NCBI RefSeq assembly: GCF_018977255.1
Contig: NW_024704746.1
Location: 32,736,001-32,800,000 of the forward strand
Source of the DNA: Callorhinchus milii
Taxonomy: Eukaryota
DNA length: 64,000 nt
Direction: 5' to 3'
Part shown: piece after piece, positions 31,320 through 43,119 of the stretch
Numbering within the stretch: position 1 is the first letter of the stretch
Layout of the letters: the number at the start of each line of letters is the position of its first letter
Notes under the pieces: model-generated
The model's database searches: none
The model's input: the letters and a program-made list of their open reading frames with translations, nothing else
What the model was told of the DNA's origin: nothing
Position numbers and translations under genes: made by a program

Positions 31320-34300
31320 TTACTGTAGAATATAGGCTGCAATAATAGAAGTAAGTAGCAGTGGTTGGTTGCAAAAGAAAATGGAGGCCAAAGAATACTT
31401 TGGGCTCCATTTGTGGTACCCTGTAAGAAAGTGAAACAAAAACATTAAATGATTGATTTACAATAAATTATTAACATTGAACTAAAATGTTCTAGTAATA
31501 ATATAAAAGCGTACTTTTGATAAACTCACGTTTCGCCTTACCTGATGAATAAATAGATAAACATGTGAGTGAATATAAACTGGTTTATATTGGATTTTCT
31601 ACTAAGTACTACATAAAATCAGCTCAAAAATGCCATTTCACTGCCATTAACGACAAATGAAGAATTTGCACTATTCAACTTACTGCACAGCCTGTTTGTA
31701 CAAGTTTCTTCGGGGCATCCAAAACATGGTACTCCTATATTATATGGTTTTGATATCCTATCATTTCCACTGGAAGTAAATCAAACATCACATAAACCAG
31801 AGTAGTGTAACTATTTTAGTTTCAAAGCACAAGATGGTTAAATTCATAAATTAGTCAGCGTCTTGTATTGACAGACAACACCACCCATAAAAACAAATGA
31901 ATAAGAAGTGAAAACATTTTCATCTGTTTTTGTATATATACTGTGGGGAGAATTTTTTTTTTTAGCAGGGATGGCAACATCGTTAAGCCTTTTATGGTTA
32001 ATCCCAGCAAAGATAAATGCATTGATATTTGATGAAATGTATAGCCAGATGAAACAAATTAGACTGGAAGATATGTGAGTTTTATTTCCTTATGGATTCT
32101 CTTTTCTACCCAATTTTGCATTTGTTAGTACACATAGTTAGTACATAAATGGGCTTCATGAGATGATAGATTTGAATAATACTAGCTAGTCATTGATTGA
32201 GTATTCCTAATTTAATATCAGTGATAAATTAAACTACAGGAATTGCTGCTTCATGCTTGTATAGCAAGTATGGTCCAGGATGACTAGTAAAGAGTATCAA
32301 CACAGCGAGTTTAGATTATAAACCCCTCATTATATTAATGATATGATCTGAATAAGTTTTAAACTGTTTTCTCAAACATGAATACACTAAGAATATTACA
32401 AACGCTGAAAACAAATGAAATTAGATGGAACATAATAAACTTACGGTGGTCCATAGTTACAGATAAAGATAGTTCCAGGGTTCCGATTGAAGTCTTGAAT
32501 TCCTCGACCACAAAAATGAAGCGCGCAGCCAATCTTATAACTTGATGCCCAAATCATCTGAAAAGAATGTGGTGATATTCAACATTAGGTGGTGTATTCC
32601 TTCATTTAACTGAGGAATGGTCTACATGGCATTGAGATCAGCAAACAAATAGGTAAATCATAGGAAGGACTTATTTCTTCAAGACCACCGTCCGTTCCAA
32701 CAGTGCCTTTTCCATCAGTTTTTATTAGTGAGGTAAGAAACATTTTTGTAAGGAATAGACATGTGTATTGATCAGTCTAATGACAATTTATACAGTTATG
32801 ACGTGTTGCAAACCAGTGTTGGTGCAGCACAAGGAGTATTACAAGGATATACAGTAAAGGGAATTTTTTAATTATTTCAAGATGCAAGAAGCCAAGTTTG
32901 TGGTATTAAACTTCTACCATTTCTACAGCTTTCAGCTGTTGGTTGGTAGGATATCAAGTTTTGGAGTTTGTTTACTAGAGTACCGATAATCCATTAACGT
33001 GAAGTGCACTATCTGCAAGTCCAATGTCATCAGCTTAACTTCTCAGGCTTTTCACTGAGGACAGAGTGACGTGCAAATCACAGGATTATTTGATGCAAGG
33101 GATGGTAGATATCCTTCACATTTACAGAAGAAATCTGAGCGCCTTCGAAAATCAGAAGTAGAACTTACAGAACAAGGTAAGATTTAAGAATAATAGATTT
33201 TGTAAAAAAAAAAAAAAATAAGTGAGCGTTCACAGACGGCACAACAGGTATGGAATGGAATGCAAACTATCAACCGACCACCCTACTTAAATCACAATAC
33301 TGCACGCGTTCGAATTGTGCAACTGGAGAAGGGAAAAGGTACGCTGGAAAATGTTCTAAAGAACAAAAAGAAGGAAGTGCGGTTTAAAACGAAACCTGAA
33401 GACTACCTGGGTGTAATTGTCGCACGAACCGTCGCATTTGTTTGTGTGGTAGTTGAAATTATTCATTTCTTGGTGCCACACATTCAGAGAGTTTCTGACA
33501 GTGAAGGCGTCTACTGGAGAAACGTACATGTTTTCTCCAATAAAATCAAACTCTGGATGGCCCTTTCCAAACTTCGACATGTCTGGATTGTGGGAAAATT
33601 TACAGATCCTGCTCCAAGCTCTTGCGGTTTTAGCGAGACCGTCATCCCAGCTCTGGTTTCGTGAGACAAAAGTTACAACGTTAAGAACATTTTTCTTTTG
33701 TGCACACCAACTGCAGCCCTCCGCCCACAACTAACACCATTTCAGATCACCGCTGGCGCAAGCTGGAAAGAGGAGCCGACACACCTCCATCTGGTAACCC
33801 CCACCCCCCCAATACACACCTCCATCCTGTAACCCCCCCCCACACACACACCTCCACCTTGTAACCCCACCCCCCCCCCAATACACACCTCCATCCTGTA
33901 ACCCACCGCACACACCTCCACCCTGTAACCCCCCCACACACACACCTCCACCTTGTAACCCCCCCCACACGCCTCCACCCTGTAACCCCCCCCACACACA
34001 CGCCTCCACCTTGTAACCCCCCCCCACCCCCCCAATACACACCTCCACCCGGTAACCCACCGCACACACCTCCACCCTGTAACCCCCCCCCACACACACC
34101 TCCACCCTGTAACCCCCCCCACACACACCTCCACCCGGTAACCCCCCCCCACACACGCCTCCACCCTGTAACCCCCACACACACACACCTCCACCCTGTA
34201 ACCCCCACACACACACACCTCCACCCTGTAACCCCCCCACACACACCTCCACCCTGTAACCCCCCCCCACTACACACACCTCCACCCTGTAACTCCCCCA

Positions 34301-35763
34301 CACACACACCTACACCCTGTAACCCCCCCACACACGCCTCCACCCTGTAACCCCCACACACACACACCTCCACCCTGTAACCCCCACACACACACACACC
34401 TCCACCCTGTAACCCCCACACACACACACACCTCCACCCTGTAACCCCCCACCACACACACGCCTCCACCCTGTAACCCCCCCCCCACACACCTCCACCC
34501 TGTAACCCCCCCCACACACACACACCTACACCCTGTAACCCCCCCACCACACACACGCCTCCACCCTGTAACCCCCCCCCCACACACACCTACACCCTGT
34601 AACCCCCCCACACACACACCTCCACCTTGTAACCCCCCCCCCACACACACACACCTCCATCCTGTAACCCCCCCACCACACACACGCCTCCACCCTGTAA
34701 CCCCCCCACCACACACACCTACACCCTGTAACCCCCCCACACACACACCTCCACCTTGTAACCCCCCCCCCCACACACACACACCTCCACCCTGTAACCC
34801 CCCCCACACACACACACCTACACCCTGTAACCCCCCACCACACACACGCCTCCACCCTGTAACCCCCCACCACACACACCTCCACCCTGTAACCCCCCCC
34901 ACACACACCTCCACCTTGTAACCCCCCCCCCACACACACACACCTCCATCCTGTAACCCCCCCCCACCCCCAGACTTTATCCTCACTGACTTCACACTTC
35001 ACATTCAGATTATGTCACTTACATTTTGCGCTCATATTTGCAGTTTTTGATATTCGATACGTAATGTGTTAAATAGTTCACATTGAATGCAAAATGCAAA
35101 GATACATATGTGTATGTATATATCTGCGTGTGTGTGTGTGTATATGTAGCGTGTGCGTATGTAGTGTATGTATGTCGCGTTTGTGTATGTAGTGTGTAGG
35201 GGTTGTGTGTGCGTGTATGTANNNNNNNNNNNNNNNNNNNNNNNNNNNNNNNNNNNNNNNNNNNNNNNNNNNNNNNNNNNNNNNNNNNNNNNNNNNNNNN
35301 NNNNNNNNNNNNNNNNNNNNNNNNNNNNNNNNNNNNNNNNNNNNNNNNNNNNNNNNNNNNNNNNNNNNNNNNNNNNNNNNNNNNNNNNNNNNNNNNNNNN
35401 NNNNNNNNNNNNNNNNNNNNNNNNNNNNNNNNNNNNNNNNNNNNNNNNNNNNNNNNNNNNNNNNNNNNNNNNNNNNNNNNNNNNNNNNNNNNNNNNNNNN
35501 NNNNNNNNNNNNNNNNNNNNNNNNNNNNNAAGGTGATGCATTAATTAAAATACAGTGCGTAACTTTGTGCCCCTTTTTCTTACCAGGAACAACATGTCCG
35601 AGGCCCTGGGCTGGACATCCGAGCGATACCTGTTGTGAGTGTCAAGTATCTCGTTGATAAATTTCATGTTGTAGATGGAAATCCGACTCAGGTCACCAGG
35701 AGAGGAAAACAACGTCAGCAACTCCAGCAAAACACCCAGGAAAAGCCACCTGACCATCGCCAT
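31320..35763 (-). CDS. GLIPR1-like CAP (SCP/PR-1) protein A, ~245 aa, hydrophobic C-terminus (possible GPI signal)
   Basis: Minus-strand exons 35763-35584 (signal peptide, LDTHNRYRSDVQPRASDM), 33652-33407 (SWDDGLA..GENM..WHQE..CDNYTQ), 32557-32445 (MIWASSYKIGCA..FICNYGPP), 31769-31684 (GN..PY..C..C..C..C hinge), micro-exon 31541-31530, and 31420-31320 (ends LLLTSIIAAYILQ*). Confidence 0.92.
33778..34972 (-). repeat. ~30-bp minisatellite (CACACCTCCACCCTGTAACCCCCC) in GLIPR1-like A intron 1
   Basis: Roughly 40 tandem units, G-rich on the minus strand. Confidence 0.92.
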
Positions 35764-35767
35764 GTGC

Positions 35768-36590
35768 TGTCACTCGCCCCCCCACCCCACCGTCAGTCTC
35801 TCCCCCCGTCAGTCTCTCCCCCTGTCAGTCACTCCCCCCCCACCGTCACTCCCCCTCCGTCACTCCTCCCCTTGTCACTCCCCCTCCGTCACTCCCCCTC
35901 CGTCACTCCCCTCCGTCACTCCCCCAGTCACTCCTCCCGTCACTCCCCCCGTCACTCCCCCCGTCACTCCCCCGTCACTCCCCCGTCACTCCCCCGTCAC
36001 TCCCCCCGTCACTCCCCTTCCGTCACTCCCCCCGTCACTCCCCCCGTCACTCCCCCGTCACTCCCCCCGTCACTCCCCCCGTCACTCCCCCTGTCACTCT
36101 CCCCGTCACTCCCCCGTCACTCCCCCCCGTCACTCCCCCCGTCACTTCCCCCGTCACTCCCCTTCGTCACTCCCCCGTCACTCCCCCCGTCACTCCCCCC
36201 GTCACTCCCCCCGTCACTCCTCCTCGTCACTCCCCCCGTCACTCCCCCCGTCACTCCCCCCGTCACTCCCCCCGTCACTCCCTCCGTCACTCCCCCCGTC
36301 ACTCCCCCCGTCACTCCCCCCGTCACTCCCTCCGTCACTCCCCTCCGTCACTCCCCTCCGTCACTCCTCCCCGTCACTCCCCTCCGTCACTCCCCCTCCG
36401 TCACTCCCTCCGCTCAGTCACTCCCCCTCTGTCACTCCCCCTCCGTCACTCCCCCCAGTCACTCCCCCTCCGTCACTCCCCTTCCGTCACTCCCCTTGGC
36501 ACTCCCCTTGTCACTCCCCCCCCGTCACTCCCCCTCCGTCACTCCTCCCCTCGTCGCTCCCCTACCGTCACTCCTCCCTCTGCCTCTCTC
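35768..36590 (-). repeat. 11-13-bp tandem repeat (CGTCACTCCCCC) abutting the GLIPR1-like A start codon
   Basis: Roughly 60-70 units, starting 5 nt upstream of the ATG. Confidence 0.92.
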
Positions 36591-36599
36591 TCCCCCCTC

Positions 36600-37700
36600 A
36601 CCACCTTCTAAACACGATGAGAGTTGCCCGCGGTGCAGTACCGGTGGCCACCTGCAGGAGGCGCCCGGCCTGGGGACCACCCAGTGGAGGCTGACTGCGT
36701 GGGTCACCAACACAGTAACACACAGTGACAATGATAGCACAGTGTCCTCCTGTAGCTCAGGGCTCACAGGGGGTTAAATACTCACTGATTCCCGCCCCCT
36801 CCCCGACAAAGATATAAATTGCGTGGCTTCGATCCACGACCGCGTGCGGGGCCGCGGTGGTACGGCACCAAACACGCCACACAGTCACTACACCTTGCCC
36901 TAAGCCCTGCCCAGCGCTCCGAGACGTCTGCGAAGAACGCCCGTCAAGCGCGAGGAACCGGGGTCGCACCGTCATAATGATCGTAACTGCGTATGAAGAC
37001 GTCGCGTAACACTGCAGCGTCGGAGTCGTCGGAGTCGTCGTCTAATCCTCGCGTCCGATGCAGCGCCTGTATCACGTCTTCGCAGACGTCTCATCGAAGA
37101 GCTCCGCGGGTGGGGGGGCGGAGCGCGGAGTGAATTGACCGCACGTGTTTTTTTTGTGGGCGAAAGTGCGTTTTGGTTTTTAACTCGCCTCCTTGCCGTG
37201 GGGTGACTGCCTGTCGTTCGCCGTATTACCGGCCAGAATAGTGGGCAACGTGGGCGAACGTGAAAAGACTTCAGCACCGGGGAAACGCCGGCGACGTTGG
37301 GTGACGGCAGAAGCTGTCCCATGGCGGTCAGCTCGAGCAATTGGAACGGCACAGCAGAAGAAAGCAAGCCCAGCCCGGGGGGCGGGGGCATGTCGTGGCA
37401 CAGGGCAATCAGCATTTCGATTGAGGACGTCTGGCACGTCTTGCGAAAGAAAAGTAAAGGGAAGGCTGTTTAAGTTCAGTGGTCGGCTCTTAAATAGATA
37501 CACATGTAAACATACACTTACCTGCCTCGCACGGAAAGGTGCTTTAACAGTCGCTGCGTTTGATGTCGCGCCTTATCACGTCTTCGGCACGTCTCAAAGC
37601 GCTTCGCAGAATACACTGTCAAGTGAACTGGCTGTATATTCTGGGGGCGAAACGCGGCAGCCAATTGCGCGCAGCAGTGTTCCCACAAACGGTCGTGGAT
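36600..37700. promoter_or_regulatory. CpG island upstream of GLIPR1-like gene A
   Basis: About 1.1 kb of high CpG density, 0.8-1.9 kb upstream of the minus-strand ATG at 35763. Confidence 0.55.
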
Positions 37701-37895
37701 GGAGTGACCAAATTTTTTTTAAGAAGGGATTATTACCCCCCGGAAAAGCGATCCACCAATCGATTAACAACCGGGTTCCTACTTACTGCTAAGTAAACAG
37801 AGGCGTGTGGAGAAAGGAAACTTGCCCAACATTTTGCCCTGCCGGGAATCAAACTCAGGTCCTTTCGCTCGCAAGTGCTCTCACCACTAAATTGC
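37556..37895 (-). mobile_element. tRNA-derived SINE (CpG-rich copy)
   Basis: Same family with CpGs retained. A further partial copy lies at ~38002-38125. Confidence 0.8.
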
Positions 37896-38968
37896 ATACA
37901 TACATAATACAGGTTATGTTGCAATGCTTTCAAGCAGTTCCTCATTTTGCCTGCCCTGCCCTCCCCCCCCATAGAGATAAGCCATAATCCCTGAAGGCAG
38001 AAATAATAATAATAATAATCCTTGCATTTGATATCGTGCTTTTTCATGTCTTATAGACGTCTCAAAGCACTTCAAAGAATAGACTGTAAAGTGAAGTGAA
38101 TTGACTGTATATTTGTGGGCGAAAGTTAATTAATAAGTACACCACCATGGCACAGTTCAAACAAAATTAAATCCATTTTAATACATCTTTGCAGTCTGCT
38201 TTTCTTTAATTTGGACAAAAATAAATCACCAGTTGGACACAGTGGAATTAAATGGATGATGATTCTCACAGCCACTAATACAAAAGTCCTCAAGGTGAAT
38301 TGTTCCTGCAAGTCTTTGTGGTCAAATGATCCTTATCCTTATATTGTAGCAGACTTCTCGCCTGGGATAGTTCTGGCTTTGGAGCCTCCAGTGCACACTG
38401 TATTCCTGGAACTCTCTTGCTCCTCCTTCATTTGAAATGCATAACCAAAGCCACTACAGACAAGCTTTCAATCCAAAAATAAATACTATTCACTCCACTC
38501 AAAGCCTTTGCCTATCACCTTCAGTGTTCATCGGCTTCTTAGATTGGAATACAGTAAACAAACTCTCAACCGAGGAGTGCTTTGTGATTTTCTTTTAACA
38601 AGGACTTAAAAAGTCAAATTGGCCCTTTTTCCACCAGTCAATTTTTACTGCAGTTTTGTTAACTGAGGTTTAAGAGCATTTGTTTTTTTTCCCCCCAGGT
38701 ATTGCTTTCCCAATTTCTACAATTTTGCAAACATTATTGAAGACATGAATGTTGGTCTCATTGTTTCAAAATTCAGTAACGAAAAATGGTTTTAGATTTC
38801 TATGTTATCTGTTTAGGTCTGTTTTTTTTTACTTGTTTCTTATCACTAAAAAGAAGACATTTCATAAGTGTCACACTATTCTCCAAATTTAATAAAGATT
38901 TCTATAAAAATATTTGTTTCAATGTTAATCTGCAGAACAGTTGATTACAATTAAACAAAGATTAGGAA

Positions 38969-41655
38969 TTATAAATAAGCAAACATGTTTGGATAGCTTT
39001 GTTGTAGAATATACACCCCAACGAAAATAGCAACAAGGGATAGTGGCCTTAGTAGTAAAACTGTAATACAAAACTCGTTGCACAAGGAATCCGAATCAGC
39101 TGTAAAAAAAAAGTTTATGGTTAAAATACTAACCATTAACTTTCAAAATATTTAATTTCAGTTTTAATGATAAAAACATACTCACTCATCTCACGTGTCT
39201 TATTTCCTAGTAAAAGAAAGAACAAAATGTCAAAGTATATCTAGTGGTAGTCAAAATTAAGGTTCTTTTTTGAACACATAAATAACAAGTTCACTTTTAA
39301 GTCACAACTATGACTAAACAACATCAAAACAATGTACAATAAGAAAGATTTTGTGATTGTTAAACTTACGGCATAATTTGTTCTCACATCGATCCATGTA
39401 GCATTTACTGCATTCCTTTCCGGTTAAATAAGGTTGTTGTGGATAATTTCCACTGCAAGTAAAAAAAACAGCGCGTAGATATCAACAACATTGTAAGTCG
39501 ATTAAAATGAAAATAACAGGAACATTTTTCTAAATACTAAGAGAAACTTACGGTGGCCCATAATCACAAACGAAAATGGTTGAAAGTCTGGAATTGAAAT
39601 GAAAAATTCCAGAAGGGCAGGTGTGAACAGCACAGCCAACTTTATAACTTGTTGCCCAGACAAGCTTTAAATTGGAAAGAAAAAAACAGGATCAGATTCA
39701 GGAGAACAAATTCCTGGATAAATAAATGTTTGAACATTGTTCACTGCAAAAATTAAAAGCAAAAAATAAATTACCTGGGTATAATGGCCACAAATTCTGC
39801 TGCATTGGTTTGAACCATAATTATAATCTGCCACTTCATTATACCAACTTTTAGTGGCACTGGTGACATTTAAATTCGAGCCTGTTGTGACATAAATGTT
39901 TTCTCCTAAAGTCTTGAATACCGGATGGAGCTTTTGGGGCACTTTCAGGTCAGTGTTGTGATCAAAAATGCACTTCTTGCTCCATTCATGGGCCACTTCT
40001 GAAAGAATCCTGTCCCAACTCTAGGACGGAAGAAAGGGGGAAAAAATATTTTGTTAAGTGTTTCAAGACATTCATCTCCGTGAAACATCCTATTGTATAT
40101 AAGTCCGAGTTATTGACCAGCTTTATGGTTTCAGCACACGCACATTGTAGCAACATGGATGATGCAAATCAAGGATTTAGGATCAAGAACTTATTACTAC
40201 TTGCAATACACATCTAAGCTTATGAATCCATTGAAAATAGGGGTCTTGTGTATGAGGCAGCAGCCCGTCTTACACTAAGCTTTCATCATCATTATAAGAT
40301 AACCAGTAACAGATCAAGAATGGAGGAGTAAATTCTTCACACAGAGCATCAGTTTATTTAAGAGGAACCTTGACGCGTAGTAACTAGGAACCCAGTTGTT
40401 AGTCGATTGTTTTCCAGGGACAATAATCTTCAAAAAAAAATTATAATTTGGTCACTCAATCCACGGCTGTTTGTGGGACCCTGCTGTGTGCAATTGGCTG
40501 CCACATTTCACCCACAAAAATATACGGTGAATTCACTTTACAGTATATTCTGTGAAGTGTTTGAGATGCCTCAATGACATGATAAGGTGGTATATCAAAT
40601 GCAAGGATTATTATTATTATTACATAAGGCAGAAGTGAAAAGGGTTGGGGGTCAGTTAACTAGAAAGGACAGAAACTCCTGCAGTACTGTATGAACGCCA
40701 ACACGGACTATTTGGGCTGAGTGGCCTGTTTCTGTGCTGTTAAATTTACTGAAATTCTATGTAATTCTTTGACTGCAGGAATTATTTTTTCTTGCAATGG
40801 AGTTTTCCGAATTTCACCTCAGTCTGCTTTAAAGCACGACTGAGTCTGCAACAGGAGTGCTAAAGAGTATCATATTATCCAAATGGAATCTTAGGAATTT
40901 CCTCCAGTATAATTTTTTCTGTTTTGGGATTGATTGCAAAAGAGCCTTTAAAATTATATAAAAATCACATTTTAATATGTTATTGTTATTAAAGAGATTG
41001 TTGTACGTTCACTCTAACAGAAACATACATTTTCAACTTCCCTAATCTTTTTATTGCTACTCACGCCGCACAATGGAGGCAAAACATTTTTTCATGTTAC
41101 ATTTGAGTTTCTTCATTGTAAGCAAACATCCACAAATGTTCTACAATGAAACAGAAATAACCCGTGTTGCATGTTTGGAAGAATAGTTGGACAACTTTGC
41201 CCATTAGCCAAATTAATACAACCGCTATCTAAGGTGTTAGAATCATATTCGGTGTCAGCAATAACTACAAAGCACAGTTGAAAAACACAGGAAATGTTAA
41301 CTGCTTTCTGCAGTAGATAGCAATAATACTAATGACATTACACCTCTATGTTTCAAACAAGCTTATGGATTTCTAATAAAATACTAAAACATCATAAATT
41401 TATGTTTGTTTATTTTTAAAAATTCTCAGCATTAAAAATGCAATCAATACTAAGCAATAATGACCTTACCATGTACAGCATGTTGCTGGCTGAAGGGTTT
41501 ACTCTTGAACGGTAGAAATTATGAACATCAAGGCACTCCTTAATAAAAGCTTTATCATAAATGTCCACTGCTGACCCAATACATTGAAGGTGAAAAAATA
41601 TTTGAAGTAGAAAGTTGCAAAGCAGTCGTTTCGACCCTCTGGCACCCATAGTCAT
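38969..41655 (-). CDS. GLIPR1: GLIPR1 / glioma pathogenesis-related protein 1-like CAP protein B, ~259 aa, C-terminal TM
   Basis: Minus-strand exons 41655-41470 (FIKECLDVHNFYRSRVNPSASNMLYM), 40020-39775 (SWD..HP.F..LGENI..WYNE..CGHYTQ), 39664-39552 (LVWATSYKVGCAV..FVCDYGPP), 39452-39370, 39206-39186, and 39099-38969 (TM, then YPNMFAYL*). The symbol rests on similarity to the GLIPR1 C-terminus; one-to-one orthology is not proven. Confidence 0.9.
40375..40622 (+). mobile_element. SINE, 5'-truncated
   Basis: Body plus a GCAAGGA(TTA)n tail. Another 3' fragment lies at ~41865-42015. Confidence 0.75.
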
Positions 41656-42359
41656 TTTCTGCAACAGGAAATTATGAGGTGTTCACATTTGGAACTTGTG
41701 AAGTTTGATTACAGGAACCAACCCTTTTTCTAAAAAAAAAATCAGTCAAGGAAATATCAGTTGACATCTGCAAATCATTGCGCTGTGAGTGAGTGAGTGA
41801 GTGAGTGAGTGATGCTTCGCTGTGTGTTTGCCAGCTCTCTACCAGAAATGATTTTCAAACAGGCTGTTTGTTCGTTGCATTCATCCAACACGTTTCGCCC
41901 ACAAATATACAGTCAACTTACTTTACAGTCCGTTCTGTGAATCACTTTGGAGACGTCTCGAAGACGTGAAAACGCTGTGCCAAATGCGAGGATTATTATT
42001 ATTATTGTATTATTATGTTAACATAACAGTGCGGACTGCTTTGCTGCATGCAAGTCATTCCATAGTAGTGACTCTCATTTCTGCGGGAATGTTTCCCAAC
42101 CCTGAACCACTCCTTTTTTGGTGGGTTAAGATGACCCCTTATTGAGGCTGTTTTCAGGGTCTGAACGTGTGGACTTTGTTTTGCCCAATCCTTTGGAATT
42201 CTGCTCTTGGAAGTGCCAGATAATGAGGCACATTGTGTGCGTAAAATACTGCTGGAAAACACAACCCCCCCCCCAACCCCACAAAAAAGATTCATTCATT
42301 CTTGAGGGGAGGACAGGAGGAAACATGTATTGAGCTCGAGGCGAACTCGAAGCTTTCTG

Positions 42360-43117
42360 AGAGAGGGAGAGAAAGAGGGAGGGGACAGAAATAGAGAGGG
42401 TGAAGGGAAGAGAGTGAAGGTGAGGTAGGAGGGAGAGGGAAGGAGGAAAGGAGAGGAGAGCAGGGAGGGAGAGAGAGAGTGTGAGGGGGGGGAGAGAGGG
42501 AGAGATAGAGAGAGTGTGAGGGAGAGAGAGATAGAAAGAGTGAGGTGGGGAGAGGGGGAGAGACAGAGAGAGGGTGAGAGGGAGAGACAGAGAGAGGGGG
42601 AGAGGGAGAGACAGAGAGAGTGTGAGAGGGAGAGACAGAGAGAGTGTGAGGGGGAGAGAGGGAGAGACAGAGGGAGTGTGTGGGGGGGAGAGAGGGAGAG
42701 ACAGAGAGAGTGTGAGAGGGAGAGACAGAGAGAGTGTGAGGGGGAGAGAGGGAGTGTGTGGGGGGGAGAGAGGGAGAGAGAATACGTGGGAACAGAGAGA
42801 GTGTGTGGGGGAGAGAGAGGGAGAGATAGAGAGAGTGTGGGGGGGAGAGAGGGAGAGAGTGTGTGGGGGAGAGAGGGAGAGATAGAGAGAGTGTGTGAGG
42901 GAGAGAGGGAGAGACAGAGAGAGTGTGGGGGGGAGAGAGGGAGAGACAGAGGGAGTGTGTGGGGGGGAGAGAGGGAGAGACAGAGGGAGTGTGTGGGGGG
43001 GGGAGAGAGGGAGAGAGTGTGTGGGGGAGAGAGGGAGAGACAGAGGGAGTGTGTGGGGGGGAGAGAGGGAGAGAGTGTGGGGGGGAGAGAGGGGGAGAGA
43101 CAGAGGGAGTGTGTGGG
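42360..43117 (+). repeat. GA/G-rich tandem repeat upstream of the RIC3-like gene
   Basis: GAGAGAGGGAGAGACAGAGGGAGTGTGTGGGGGG-like units forming a polypurine tract. Confidence 0.9.
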
Positions 43118-43119
43118 CA

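Noticed and set aside
33731-36777. ORFs of 150-380 aa (VGGGYRVEVC and SLPP repeats)
   Set aside because: These are tandem-repeat translations. The real exons here are on the minus strand at 33407-33652 and 35584-35763.
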